Assembly: GCA_018649885.1 (NCBI GenBank)
Contig: JABIHA010000084.1
Location: forward strand, 124,001 to 182,353
Length of the DNA stretch: 58,353 nucleotides
Direction: 5' to 3'
Source: Bacteriovoracaceae bacterium
GTDB lineage: Bacteria; Bdellovibrionota; Bacteriovoracia; Bacteriovoracales; Bacteriovoracaceae
The position numbers were made by a program, and so were the translations under genes. Numbering within the stretch: the stretch's first letter is position 1; each line of letters starts with the position of its first letter. The notes below the pieces were generated by a model, which saw only the letters and a list, made by a program, of their open reading frames with translations, made no database searches and was not told where the DNA came from. This document shows, piece by piece, positions 47,934-58,272 of this stretch.

Positions 47934-49310
47934 TTACTGAAGAAACTCTAGGGCCTCTTCATCAATAAAATCATTTTCAGGAATATTCTTAATGGATATA
48001 CTTGTTAAGAATCCGTTTCCAGCTCTTAATTCCCATGCCAGACCTTCCATTGTATTACTTGCGGCTAAAACTCTTGCCTTTATGGGAAGTAGACCAATAT
48101 TTCTTAAACCCTTCACTTTAATTCCTGTTGAAACCCGAACTTTGATTCCCTTCATTTCCATTAGAATTGGAGGATCTTCATCAAAAGCTCTAGTCGCTGC
48201 AAGCGCGGCTTCTACTTCAGCTGCTCTTTCTGGATCAACTCTACCGGCCTTATCAATAAAATCAGTGGCAAAATCGATCATTGGTTGCTTTTCTTCTTCG
48301 AATATTTCCATGCGATCTATTCTTTCTTGCATTCTTTTTCTTTTTTTAACTGATTTCTCATCATCGCCTGTGATGGTCAGTATTTTTTCTTCAAGTCTTT
48401 CAATCTTTTTTCTTCTAATTCTTCCATCAACTGGAATTAGACCAATTTTTCCTTTTTTAATTCTAAGGCCCAGAACTCTTTGTTTGTGCTCTTCTTTTAG
48501 AATTTGTTTTTTCTTTCTTTTAAAGGCTTGGTCATCCATTTCATAAAATGAAATTGTAGATTTATGAGCAATGGACAGTTTTACATTACCGGCACCACTG
48601 AGGGCTCCATCTGATACGGCTTCTCCGCTCTCTAGAATATCAAAAGGCTTTTTGTCTTTGAAATGAAATTTAACCTCTGTTCTATGTCTCTTATTTTTTT
48701 GAATCCTTGAAATTTGGATTTTATCAAGTGAATCTAGGAAAGGATCAATTTCATCTGGATACCTTACGTCGTAATCTAAATCAGCTAAGGCAGTAGTTAA
48801 CTCTTTAAGTTTACTTCTAATTGAATCAATATCTTCACTGGTGATAGTACTTTTTCTTCGGACAAGATCATCAACGAAAATTTTAGTTATAAGAGTGATT
48901 TTTGATAGATCAAGTTGTTCTTCACCACTTTCAAGAAGTTTCATCACTCTCAGGGCACCTGTGCCACTGATAGGAATTTCTAATTTTTTAAGAAGTCTGC
49001 CGAGCACGACCTCCATTCCAATTTCTTCAATTTGGCCAGCTTCCATAAGTGAGCCAATAACTTCAAATGGATTGTCACCTAAGTCGTCTAGGCAATCGCA
49101 ACCGGCGATATTTTTACCAATTATTCCAATTTCAGCAAGTACATGGGGATCAGAAAGGACTTCATCAAGAGAAAGGCCTAGTCTATCTAAAACAACCTGA
49201 ACAGCTTCCATATCTAGATGCTCAGTTATGCTTTCAGGCATTTCTGGTTCAGCAAAGGCAATGCTGGATAGAAATGAAAATACTAATACTAATAAACCCC
49301 TAGTAATCAT
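47934..49310 (-). CDS. Secreted hypothetical protein, highly charged
   Basis: Signal peptide ending SIAFA, GGAGA RBS, 458 aa. Confidence 0.75.
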   Translation of the reverse strand: MITRGLLVLVFSFLSSIAFAEPEMPESITEHLDMEAVQVVLDRLGLSLDEVLSDPHVLAEIGIIGKNIAGCDCLDDLGDNPFEVIGSLMEAGQIEEIGMEVVLGRLLKKLEIPISGTGALRVMKLLESGEEQLDLSKITLITKIFVDDLVRRKSTITSEDIDSIRSKLKELTTALADLDYDVRYPDEIDPFLDSLDKIQISRIQKNKRHRTEVKFHFKDKKPFDILESGEAVSDGALSGAGNVKLSIAHKSTISFYEMDDQAFKRKKKQILKEEHKQRVLGLRIKKGKIGLIPVDGRIRRKKIERLEEKILTITGDDEKSVKKRKRMQERIDRMEIFEEEKQPMIDFATDFIDKAGRVDPERAAEVEAALAATRAFDEDPPILMEMKGIKVRVSTGIKVKGLRNIGLLPIKARVLAASNTMEGLAWELRAGNGFLTSISIKNIPENDFIDEEALEFLQ

Positions 49311-49345
49311 GCGTGTCTCCCTGTCTGTAAATCAGTGATTAAAAG

Positions 49346-49361
49346 AGCAATTTAGGGGCCA
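49346..49361 (-). promoter_or_regulatory. Sigma54-type promoter
   Basis: TGGCCC-CTAAA-TTGCT on the minus strand with correct GG-N10-GC spacing, 35 bp before the 49310 start. Confidence 0.6.
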
Positions 49362-49539
49362 AACTAAGTAAAACTTATTGACTTAACCCAACGGAATTAT
49401 TAGGTTGTTTGTGAAGTTTTTTCTTAAAAGTGTCTAAAACGATGAAGTCTGTCAGTTTTATTGACAGTCTTGTGGGCACCAAGGCTGGCCAGATTTTCCA
49501 GGTGGAATTTTTAGTGGCAGTGATAAAATAGATTTGAAT

Positions 49540-49914
49540 ATGAAAAAAATAACCTTTGTTGATGATAGCCAAACTGTCCAAAAAAAACTTGAGCTTGTAC
49601 TTACTCGAGCGGGTTTTGATTTTAAAGGCTTTACCAATCCTGAGATGGCGCTTCAGTACCATACAGAAGAAAAACCCGATTTACTGATTCTCGATTACTA
49701 TATGCTAGGGTTAGATGCCGATAAGTTTATGGTTCAGGTTTCAGAGAAACTTCTTTTTGGTGACTTTGAAATTGTTCTATTTACTGCAAGTGATTTGAGT
49801 GAAGAAAAAAAACTCATGCTCCAAACATTAGGGATCACCAATTTTCTTTCTAAGAATATTTCAGATGAAAAATTAGTAGAATTTGTAAACTCTCTTATTG
49901 GCCAAACCTCTTAG
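49540..49914 (+). CDS. Single-domain response regulator
   Basis: FVDDS, ILDYYM, FTA and LSK. Confidence 0.88.
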   Translation: MKKITFVDDSQTVQKKLELVLTRAGFDFKGFTNPEMALQYHTEEKPDLLILDYYMLGLDADKFMVQVSEKLLFGDFEIVLFTASDLSEEKKLMLQTLGITNFLSKNISDEKLVEFVNSLIGQTS

Positions 49915-50987
49915 CTCTTCGTCAGTGATTCAAAAACTCTTTTCAATTCAGTCTTAGTCATGGGGTTTGCTGAACTTGACACGCCGATGCCCTCTAGAAG
50001 GACAAAATGCACAATGCCATCTTTGTTCTTTTTATCTTTTAATAGAATTTTGTAAAGACTTTGAAAATTCCAATCCACAGGGAGTGGTTTTAACTTAAAT
50101 GAGTTAATAAAAGTAGATATCTCTAAGTATTCTTTCTTTTGAATACGCCCTCTTTGATAGGAAAGTTTAGCAGCGAAAATCATTCCCCACATAACCGCTT
50201 CACCATGTGAGAACTTTTTGTACTTAGTATGAGTTTCAATTCCATGTGCAAAGGTGTGTCCAAAGTTGAGAAGTTCTCTAAGTCCACTTCGATCTTTTTC
50301 ATCCTTTGAAACAATATCTGCTTTTATCTTTACACAGGTATGAATAGTTTTTTCCCAATCGAGCTTTTTTTGTGATTTTAGTTTCTTAAAAAAAGACTTA
50401 TTTACAATGAGCCCATACTTTATCACTTCACCCATACCTGATTTTATCTCTTTTTTTGGTAGAGTGTTTAGAAAAATTGTATCTGTCACAACGAGAGCTG
50501 GTGGATGAAAGCTCCCAATTAAATTTTTTCCTTGTTGGTGATTGATTCCGGTCTTTCCTCCAATAGAACTATCAACTTGAGATAGAACAGTTGTAGGAAC
50601 ACCAACCCATTTAATCCCTCTCATAAATGTAGAGGCCAAAAATCCAATACTGTCTCCAATAACTCCGCCACCAATGGCAATTAGGATTGTAGATCTATCG
50701 GCTCCAAACTTTAGGAGTTTTCCGTATAGGGGATAAATACTATCAAAGGATTTAAATTTTTCACTTGCAGTGATACTTATTTGCTCACAGTAATAGCCAT
50801 GGTCTATCAAAGAATTGTGGATGGCATTTGCTTTTTTACCAAGCTTTCTATCTGTGAAAACCACGATTAAGGGTTTACTACCACGGCCGTGGATTTTTCC
50901 AAGTAATTTGGGTATCTTTTGACAAATACCTCTTCCAACAACAACTGAATATGGGGACTGTGGGTGATCTACTTTAATTGTTTTCAC
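49911..50987 (-). CDS. aroB: 3-dehydroquinate synthase
   Basis: GGGVIGD, PTTVLSQVDSSIGGKTGIN, KNLIGSF, EVIKYG and LNFGHTFAHGIE. Confidence 0.97.
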   Translation of the reverse strand: MKTIKVDHPQSPYSVVVGRGICQKIPKLLGKIHGRGSKPLIVVFTDRKLGKKANAIHNSLIDHGYYCEQISITASEKFKSFDSIYPLYGKLLKFGADRSTILIAIGGGVIGDSIGFLASTFMRGIKWVGVPTTVLSQVDSSIGGKTGINHQQGKNLIGSFHPPALVVTDTIFLNTLPKKEIKSGMGEVIKYGLIVNKSFFKKLKSQKKLDWEKTIHTCVKIKADIVSKDEKDRSGLRELLNFGHTFAHGIETHTKYKKFSHGEAVMWGMIFAAKLSYQRGRIQKKEYLEISTFINSFKLKPLPVDWNFQSLYKILLKDKKNKDGIVHFVLLEGIGVSSSANPMTKTELKRVFESLTKS

Positions 50988-50994
50988 AATACTC

Positions 50995-52152
50995 CTAAAG
51001 GCTTCGTTCTTTCCAGGAATCTATTCTCGATTTAATCTCTTCCATGGAGTCTCCTCCAAATTTTTCTAGTATGGATTCAGCTAGAATAAAACAAAGCAGC
51101 GATTCGCCTATGACGGCTGCTGCAGGAACAGCGCAATAGTCTGATCTTTCCACATGCGCTTTTGCATTACTTCTATTTGATAGATCTACTGATCCGAGAG
51201 GTGTCATTAGTGTTGCAATTGGCTTCATGAAGGCCCTAATGACAATTGGGTCTCCGCTAGTCATTCCGCCAATGATGCCACCAGTTTTATTAGTGCAAAA
51301 TTCAACTTCACCGCTATCAGATAATTTCATTTCATCGTGAACTTGGCTTCCAGGGAGAATTGCCGATTTAGAGCCAAGCCCTATCTCAACTCCCTTAATG
51401 GCATTTAGTGAGAGAAAATGGCTTCCAACTTTAGCCTCTATTCTTCTATCCCAGTGAACATAACTTCCAAGAGAGTGGGGTACACCACTGGCATAAACTT
51501 CAAATGTCCCACCAACACTATCACCGTTGTCTCTGGCACTATCTATCTCTGCGATCATTTCCTTTTCACTATTTTTATCAAGACATCTCACAGGAGAGGC
51601 ATCTGTAGTTTTATTGAGATCAGTTAGATCACTAGGCATTGGAGCTGCATCAACAGCGCTTCCAATGCCTACCACTCTACTGGAAACTTCAATTCCAAAA
51701 CTATCTAAAAAGATGCGAGCAATTGTTCCGAGACCGACTCTCATGGCCGTTTCTCTGGCAGAAGCCCGCTCTAGTACATTTCTCATATCTGAGAAGTGAT
51801 ACTTTACTCCACCAATGAGATCTGCATGCCCTGGTCTGGGTATATCTACTTTTCTGGCATCTGGGTTACTTGGGTCTGGCTCAGATTGCATGATCTCACC
51901 CCAGTTTTTGAAGTCTTGGTTTTTGATCATCAAAGTTATGGGGGATCCCAGTGATTTACCGTGACGAATTCCTGTTAAAATTTCTAGCTGATCACTTTCA
52001 ATTTTTTGTCTAGAACCTCGACCGTAGCCCATTTTTCTTCTTTTAAGCTCAGCGTGAATTTGCTCACTGGTAATTTCAAGGCCTGAGGGCAGCCCTTCGA
52101 TTATTCCAACCAAAGCCTTGCCGTGTGATTCTCCTGCTGTAAGAAAGCGCAT
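50995..52152 (-). CDS. aroC: Chorismate synthase
   Basis: MRFLTAGESHG, PRPGHAD, ERASARETA, GGMTSG and MKPIATL. Confidence 0.97.
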   Translation of the reverse strand: MRFLTAGESHGKALVGIIEGLPSGLEITSEQIHAELKRRKMGYGRGSRQKIESDQLEILTGIRHGKSLGSPITLMIKNQDFKNWGEIMQSEPDPSNPDARKVDIPRPGHADLIGGVKYHFSDMRNVLERASARETAMRVGLGTIARIFLDSFGIEVSSRVVGIGSAVDAAPMPSDLTDLNKTTDASPVRCLDKNSEKEMIAEIDSARDNGDSVGGTFEVYASGVPHSLGSYVHWDRRIEAKVGSHFLSLNAIKGVEIGLGSKSAILPGSQVHDEMKLSDSGEVEFCTNKTGGIIGGMTSGDPIVIRAFMKPIATLMTPLGSVDLSNRSNAKAHVERSDYCAVPAAAVIGESLLCFILAESILEKFGGDSMEEIKSRIDSWKERSL

Positions 52153-52170
52153 ACCATTCTCCACTAATTT

Positions 52171-53460
52171 CTATTTTTTTACTAAACTCTTAAGCGTGCT
52201 ATAAAATGTTGGGTAAGATATATTAACCACCTCTCCATCTTCTATTGTACATTCAGATGAACAGCCAAGGGCCGCAATGGAAAAGGCCATGGCAATTCGG
52301 TGGTCATTAAAACATTCTATGCTCGCACCACCGAGACTTTGCGGACCTTTAATTTTCATTCCGTCCTTAAAGCTTTCAACATTTGCTCCCATTTTTCTAA
52401 GATTTGAGGCGACTGCTTCGATTCTGTCACATTCTTTGTAGCGAAGCTCTTGGGCATCTTTGATGATGGTTTCACCCTCAGCAAAAGTTGCCAGTACACA
52501 CAGGACTGGTATTTCATCGATCAAGCTGGGGATATCTTCACCACCTATTTCAATCCCTTTAAGAGGGGCTGATTTAACAATAATTTTTCCAATGGGCTCA
52601 GGCCTTTCAACCTCTACGATAACTTCCAGATCTGCTCCCATTTTTTCCAAAATTTTAAGGATTCCAGTCCTGGTGGGGTTCAAACCTACATTGTGAATTT
52701 CAATACGTGAGTTGGGTATTATGGAGCCAGCTACTAGCCAAAAAGCAGCTGAGGAAATATCACCGGGTACGGTAATTTTTTGAGCTTGCAAGTCTTGCTT
52801 ACCCTGAATTGTGATCGATGTATCCGTCACATCAACTTTGGCCCCAAAGTGAGTTAGCATTCTCTCTGTGTGATCACGACTTTGGATTTTTCCCGTAATT
52901 GTGGTCGTACCTTCGGCCTGAAGGGCGGCCAGCATGATGGCAGACTTGACCTGGGCCGATGCCACTGGAAGTTCATAGTCTATGCCCATGAGCCCTCCAC
53001 CTTTGATGGAAATAGGTGGATAATTACCCTCAGTTAGCTCAATTTTGCCTCCCATCTGCTCCAGTGGGTCTGAAACCCTCTTCATGGGCCTTTTACACAG
53101 GGATTCGTCCCCTTCCAGTACTGAATCGAAGGGAAGAGCGGCCAAAACGCCCATTAATAGTCTGATAGAGGTACCAGAATTCCCACAAGGAAGAGTCATT
53201 TCAGGGGCCTTGAGGTTCTCCCAGCCAACTCCTTCAACAAGCATTTTATCAAAATTGCCCGTAAACTTGGCCCCGAGCATTTCCATGCACAATTTAGTAG
53301 ATAAAACATCCTCGGAATTTAGAAGAGCGTTGATTTCAGTAACGCCCCGTGCTAGAGATCCTAGTAGAAGCGATCTATGGGAAATGGACTTATCGCCAGG
53401 AACACAAATTGTGCCCGAAAGGCCGTTTGCTGCTGAAATTTTTACACCCTGACTACTCAA
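52171..53460 (-). CDS. aroA: EPSP synthase
   Basis: PGDKSISHR, GNSGTSIRL, SAQVKSA, RDHTERML, KECDRI and DHRIAM. Confidence 0.97.
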   Translation of the reverse strand: MSSQGVKISAANGLSGTICVPGDKSISHRSLLLGSLARGVTEINALLNSEDVLSTKLCMEMLGAKFTGNFDKMLVEGVGWENLKAPEMTLPCGNSGTSIRLLMGVLAALPFDSVLEGDESLCKRPMKRVSDPLEQMGGKIELTEGNYPPISIKGGGLMGIDYELPVASAQVKSAIMLAALQAEGTTTITGKIQSRDHTERMLTHFGAKVDVTDTSITIQGKQDLQAQKITVPGDISSAAFWLVAGSIIPNSRIEIHNVGLNPTRTGILKILEKMGADLEVIVEVERPEPIGKIIVKSAPLKGIEIGGEDIPSLIDEIPVLCVLATFAEGETIIKDAQELRYKECDRIEAVASNLRKMGANVESFKDGMKIKGPQSLGGASIECFNDHRIAMAFSIAALGCSSECTIEDGEVVNISYPTFYSTLKSLVKK

Positions 53461-53588
53461 GATTCTTCCTATGGTTTTGGTCTTTAAATGTAATTACCAA
53501 TTATTTTACCACTACCTTCGCTTTGAAAAAACTGCTCTATGGTATGGGGCAGGAAAAGATTTTAGAATAGTATTTGTAGGAGATTAAC

Positions 53589-54698
53589 ATGATTACAATG
53601 CCTTTGAATAAGTGGATCCCAAATTTTAGAAGTCCACTAGTTATTGCTGGACCCTGTAGTGCTGAATCTGAAGAGCAAGTGCTTGCTACTGCACACGATA
53701 TAGCTAAGCTCGAAGGTGTTAAGGTTTTTAGGGCCGGTGTTTGGAAGCCGAGAACCAGGCCTGGAACATTTGAAGGTGTCGGCGAGAAGGCATTGCCATG
53801 GCTTGCTAAAGTAAAAGAGCAATATGGTATGTTAACAAGTGTTGAGGTTGCTACTCCTAAGCATGTGGAAGATTCACTAAAACATGGAATTGATATCATG
53901 TGGATAGGAGCCAGAACGACGGTTAATCCATTTGCTGTATCAGAGCTTGCTGAAGCTTTAAGAGGAACTGGCGTTCCTGTTATGGTTAAAAATCCGATCA
54001 ATGCAGATCTTGGTCTTTGGATCGGGGCCCTTGAGAGAATGTCCAGAATGGGCATAAGTAAGCTTGCGGCCATCCACCGTGGATTTTCAATTCATGAAAA
54101 GTCTCAATATAGAAACGCCCCTATTTGGAAAATACCAATTGAATTAAAGTCACGCTATCCTGAGCTTCCTGTTATTTGTGATGCTAGCCATATTTCAGGT
54201 AGAAGAGATCTAATAGAGAAAGTAAGTCAAAAGGCAATGGACCTAGATATGGAAGGTCTTATGATTGAAACTCACATAGACCCTTCTGTGGCGCTAAGTG
54301 ATGCTGCTCAACAAGTGACTCCAAAAGTTTTGGGCGAGATTCTAGCAAATCTAGATTATAAAGTACCTTACTCAACAGATAGTGGTTTTGAAAATGAGCT
54401 TGAATCATTAAGAGCAAGAATTGATCGCACCGATCATGAGCTTCTCGAACTCCTGCACGGTAGAATGAAAATTGTAGAGAAAATTGCAGATGCTAAAATA
54501 AAGAGCAACATTACAGCTTTTCAAGTGACAAGAATGAAAGAGATGATGGACGAAAGAGTCAATGTTGGTGAAAAGTTTGGATTAAGTAAAGAGTATGTAA
54601 TGGAGCTTCTAAGAGTTATCCATGAATACTCAGTTAAAAGACAAACGGATCTGATGGATCGGGCTCATGTCGAAAAATCAGAGGGGAAGGAAAAATAA
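53589..54698 (+). CDS. Bifunctional DAHP synthase / chorismate mutase (C-terminal CM)
   Basis: IAGPCSAES, WKPRTRP, IGARTT, HRGF and DASH, followed by an AroQ-type LESLRARIDRTD domain. Confidence 0.93.
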   Translation: MITMPLNKWIPNFRSPLVIAGPCSAESEEQVLATAHDIAKLEGVKVFRAGVWKPRTRPGTFEGVGEKALPWLAKVKEQYGMLTSVEVATPKHVEDSLKHGIDIMWIGARTTVNPFAVSELAEALRGTGVPVMVKNPINADLGLWIGALERMSRMGISKLAAIHRGFSIHEKSQYRNAPIWKIPIELKSRYPELPVICDASHISGRRDLIEKVSQKAMDLDMEGLMIETHIDPSVALSDAAQQVTPKVLGEILANLDYKVPYSTDSGFENELESLRARIDRTDHELLELLHGRMKIVEKIADAKIKSNITAFQVTRMKEMMDERVNVGEKFGLSKEYVMELLRVIHEYSVKRQTDLMDRAHVEKSEGKEK

Positions 54699-55861
54699 GC
54701 AAATCAAGTTTTGCTCGAAGGGTTGAGCAGATAGCTATTTCAAAAAGTATAGAGCTTTCCAAAGTCGTTTGGGAGATGGAATCCAGGGGAGAGAAAATAA
54801 TCTCTCTCAATGTAGGTGAGCCAGATCTCCCTCCACCCAGTGAAATTACCCAGGCAGTTAAAAGCGCACTAGATGACGGCATGTATCGCTATTCTCTTGT
54901 TCCTGGTATTGATATCTTGAGAGAGAAATTGAAGGATTTCTATCAAGATAGCTTCCCGGTAGAATTAAACTCTTCAAACTTTGTTGTTTCTAATGGTGCT
55001 AAGCAATCAATTTATAATATTTTTCAGTCCCTTATTAATAGCGGTGATGAAATCATTATCCCAGCTCCCTATTGGGTGACCTTTCCAGAGAGTGTAAGGC
55101 TTGCTGGTGGAAATCCTATCATTGTGCCAACAGTAGATAATCAAATTGATATAGAGTTAATAAAAAAGGCCATTACAAAAAATACCAAGGCAATACTCAT
55201 CAATGCACCTAATAATCCAAGTGGCGCTGTATTTCCAAAGACTGCATTGGTAGAGCTCGCCAGTATTGCCCTGGAAAATGAGTTGTATATTATTTCTGAC
55301 GAGGCCTACGATGGAATTTACTTTGATGGTAAGGCGCCAGTAAGCATAGGAACACTGTCACCAGAGATTTTCAAAAAGACCATTACCATTAAAAGCTTTT
55401 CAAAAACTTACTCAATGACTGGATTTAGAGTGGGCTATACAATTTGCGACAGTGCCTTTAGTCAGCTGATGGTAAAACTACAAGGCCATCTTACAGGCAA
55501 TAACTGTACCTTTGCTCAGTTCGGAGCCCTGAAGGCCTTAGAGCTAGATCAGAGCTTTTATCAGGAAAGAAGGGCCATATATCAAAAAAGAAGAGACCTG
55601 GCTTTTTCTCTATCTCAGAAAATTTTTCCAAATTGTGTAAAACCGGATGGGGCCTTCTTTTTATTTCCTAATATTAAAGAGCTCTTAAATAACAGTGATT
55701 GTAAAAGTGATATTGATTTGTCAATTAAGATTCTTGAAAAGGCGGGCGTTGCAATTCTTCCGGGAAGCGCATTTGGTCAACCAGATCATTTAAGGATTTC
55801 TTTTGCGGCTTCTGAAAAAGAAATCGAGGATGGATTTCGCGCCATTGAGAGGGTTCTATGA
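54695..55861 (+). CDS. Class I/II PLP aminotransferase (AspC / aromatic-prephenate type); probable ATA start
   Basis: GEPD, NGAKQ, PYWV, PNNPSG, SDEAY and SFSKTYSMTGFRVG; the family-like N-terminus extends upstream of the first ATG (54776). Confidence 0.9.
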   Translation: MSKSSFARRVEQIAISKSIELSKVVWEMESRGEKIISLNVGEPDLPPPSEITQAVKSALDDGMYRYSLVPGIDILREKLKDFYQDSFPVELNSSNFVVSNGAKQSIYNIFQSLINSGDEIIIPAPYWVTFPESVRLAGGNPIIVPTVDNQIDIELIKKAITKNTKAILINAPNNPSGAVFPKTALVELASIALENELYIISDEAYDGIYFDGKAPVSIGTLSPEIFKKTITIKSFSKTYSMTGFRVGYTICDSAFSQLMVKLQGHLTGNNCTFAQFGALKALELDQSFYQERRAIYQKRRDLAFSLSQKIFPNCVKPDGAFFLFPNIKELLNNSDCKSDIDLSIKILEKAGVAILPGSAFGQPDHLRISFAASEKEIEDGFRAIERVL

Positions 55862-56589
55862 AACTTGGAATCATTGGATTTGGTAGACTTGGAAAACTGA
55901 TCACGCGCTATTTGGCCCAAGATTTCACTGTCTACGTTTACGATAAAATCAATTGTGATAGAGAAATTACTCAACTAGGCGCCATTCCAGCTAGTTTTAA
56001 AGATATTTGTGAACTTCCGGCAATCATACCTGTTGTCCCTATCTCAAAATTTGAAAATGTTGTAAAAAAAATATCAAAATACGTGAAGCCTGGAACCCTC
56101 GTTATTGATGTATGTTCAGTTAAAGAATTTCCAGTGAAGGCAATGAAAAAACTACTGCCAAAAAAAGTATCAATTCTGGGAACACATCCTATGTTTGGTC
56201 CCGATAGTGCAGCTGATACGCTTTATGGAACAAAAATTGTTCTATGTGATGTCAGGATGGAAGATACGCAATTTGAAAAAATAAAGCTCTACTTACAAAG
56301 ACACGGAATTAAAACAATAGAATGCTCGCCCAAAGAACACGATAAAGATATCAGTCACTCACTTCTGCTTACTCATTTCATAGGCCGATCGCTCATGGGG
56401 GTTGGTGCCCATGAACTTAAAATAGATACCAAAGGTTATAGAAGACTGATGAAGATTCTTCAAACAGTTGAAAATGACTCTTGGGAGTTATTCGAAGATA
56501 TGAATAAATATAATAAGTATGCCAAAAAAACCCGTCAGGAATTTATCAAGTCCATTGATCGCATTGATAAAAAAGTCAAAAAACTTTAA
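55858..56589 (+). CDS. tyrA: Prephenate/arogenate dehydrogenase
   Basis: GIIGFGRLG, DVCSVK, THPMFGP and EHD. Confidence 0.92.
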   Translation: MKLGIIGFGRLGKLITRYLAQDFTVYVYDKINCDREITQLGAIPASFKDICELPAIIPVVPISKFENVVKKISKYVKPGTLVIDVCSVKEFPVKAMKKLLPKKVSILGTHPMFGPDSAADTLYGTKIVLCDVRMEDTQFEKIKLYLQRHGIKTIECSPKEHDKDISHSLLLTHFIGRSLMGVGAHELKIDTKGYRRLMKILQTVENDSWELFEDMNKYNKYAKKTRQEFIKSIDRIDKKVKKL

Positions 56590-56599
56590 GCTAGATTTT

Positions 56600-57997
56600 T
56601 TACTCAGCTCCCTCAAATGAACAAGTTTGGTAAGATCTTGAGCTTTGGCTTGGCTCACATCCCATAAATTCTCTGAAGTATAGACTGCTTCCCAGTATAC
56701 CGTTAACTCGTTCTCTAATTTCAGGGTGTACACCTCTATGAGGATTAGTATCAGAAAATGAATATTCTTCATCATTGATATTTTCGTCTTCATATTTGCA
56801 TAAAATATATGTGCTTTCCATTGCGACTTCAACCTGTGATTTACCATCAAACTCTTCCGGATACTTTTCGTATAGTCGTGGAATAATAGCGGTGGTTAGA
56901 AAGTCACTAAAGCTTTCACCATTCTGTGCTGGAAGCATGCTAATGGAATTAGTTGAAGATAGGCATTGTAAAAGCTCTGAATATGCTGGTCTGAAATCGT
57001 GTGAATTCACTTCACCAATATTAGGGTCAATTTTGTGACCCAGTTCATGGATAAATGATCTTAAAAATGAAGGTAGGTCATTGTACATAGCAAATGCCAC
57101 TTGCCCTAGAAATCTAGAGTGTTCAGGTACTTTAACATCCCCGTATTGCATAGCTGATGAATAATATGCATTGAACCCTAAGATTGATGAAAGTGAGCTA
57201 TTCGTGAAGGGCAGATATGGATGGGTATCGAGCAATGTGTATTGCTTTGCGGTTATATTCTCTTTAATAGTTAGAAAAGGAAAATTAGGACGTTGCTCCC
57301 AGTGAGCGAAGTTGGGGTCGATTTCAGGAAGTGATATGTCTAGGTTCTGGTACTGAGTGATAGCTTTGTCGACCAAGTTTGGGGTCGCTAATCTTGGTGC
57401 AATAGTGTCGCTGAGAAATTCAACAACTTCTGAGATCACTTTATCCTTCACTGATTTAAACTTGCTCTTGAGAGAGGCAGGATAAAACTGGGTGATGGCA
57501 GCTTCTATAAAAGGTTTTGAAGTATGCAATGGGAGTAGTATTTTTTTTATAAAACTTCTATATATTCTTTTTAAATGGTAATCAGAAATAGTTTGGCATG
57601 AACTATAGGAATTAATTGGACTAATATAGCTGACTCCATATGTCCTATCATCATTAACTGTCTTAATTTTTAAGGGGTCGTAAATAAATCCAAAACCAAG
57701 TTGGTTAGCTCCTCCGATTTTAGTAAAAATCCCCCATATTTCATGCAAATCATTGGGATCTAAAAATTGATCATTTTTCATAATTCGTATAAGCCTATCT
57801 TTAAGCCGGCTTCGGAAGGAATAATTACAGTATTTCTTTTTATCTTCAGATACACCTTCTTCATAGGTCAATCTTTCAGACTCATGTTGAAAATATCTGA
57901 AATCCAAATCGGATGGAGTATCTTCCTTGCAAACTGTGTCAAGCTTTTCCAAAACAAATTTAGGTTTTCTTATATATATCCTACCCCAATTATTCAA
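56600..57997 (-). CDS. Hypothetical zinc-metallopeptidase-like protein (HExxH); true start unresolved
   Basis: FNAYY, HELGHKID, ESFSD and HP..R.R motifs; frame stays open upstream to 58219. Confidence 0.65.
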   Translation of the reverse strand: MNNWGRIYIRKPKFVLEKLDTVCKEDTPSDLDFRYFQHESERLTYEEGVSEDKKKYCNYSFRSRLKDRLIRIMKNDQFLDPNDLHEIWGIFTKIGGANQLGFGFIYDPLKIKTVNDDRTYGVSYISPINSYSSCQTISDYHLKRIYRSFIKKILLPLHTSKPFIEAAITQFYPASLKSKFKSVKDKVISEVVEFLSDTIAPRLATPNLVDKAITQYQNLDISLPEIDPNFAHWEQRPNFPFLTIKENITAKQYTLLDTHPYLPFTNSSLSSILGFNAYYSSAMQYGDVKVPEHSRFLGQVAFAMYNDLPSFLRSFIHELGHKIDPNIGEVNSHDFRPAYSELLQCLSSTNSISMLPAQNGESFSDFLTTAIIPRLYEKYPEEFDGKSQVEVAMESTYILCKYEDENINDEEYSFSDTNPHRGVHPEIRERVNGILGSSLYFREFMGCEPSQSSRSYQTCSFEGAE

Positions 57998-58272
57998 ATG
58001 GTGATCTTGTAGTTCATCTACTTTCTCAAATATAGCTTCCCTTTTTTCTTTAGTGAGTTTTTCATCAAATGTTAAAGCATTGAATCGTCCAATTTCTTCA
58101 TTTATAGCGCTTACTTCTTGGTCGCATGTAGCATGAAATGTAACAAGCTCATGGGGTTTCTCTATTAAAGTATCTAGGAAGTGAACTTCTTCATCTTTAT
58201 TAAGGTTAATATCAATGGACTAAAAGCCGTTCCGGCTTGGAGAATACCCCATAGTCCCAGTCAGTCAAGATG

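Noticed and set aside
47992..54073. Long antisense ORFs such as 47992-48546, 53045-53452 and 53537-54073
   Set aside because: Shadow frames opposite well-supported genes, with no recognisable motifs.
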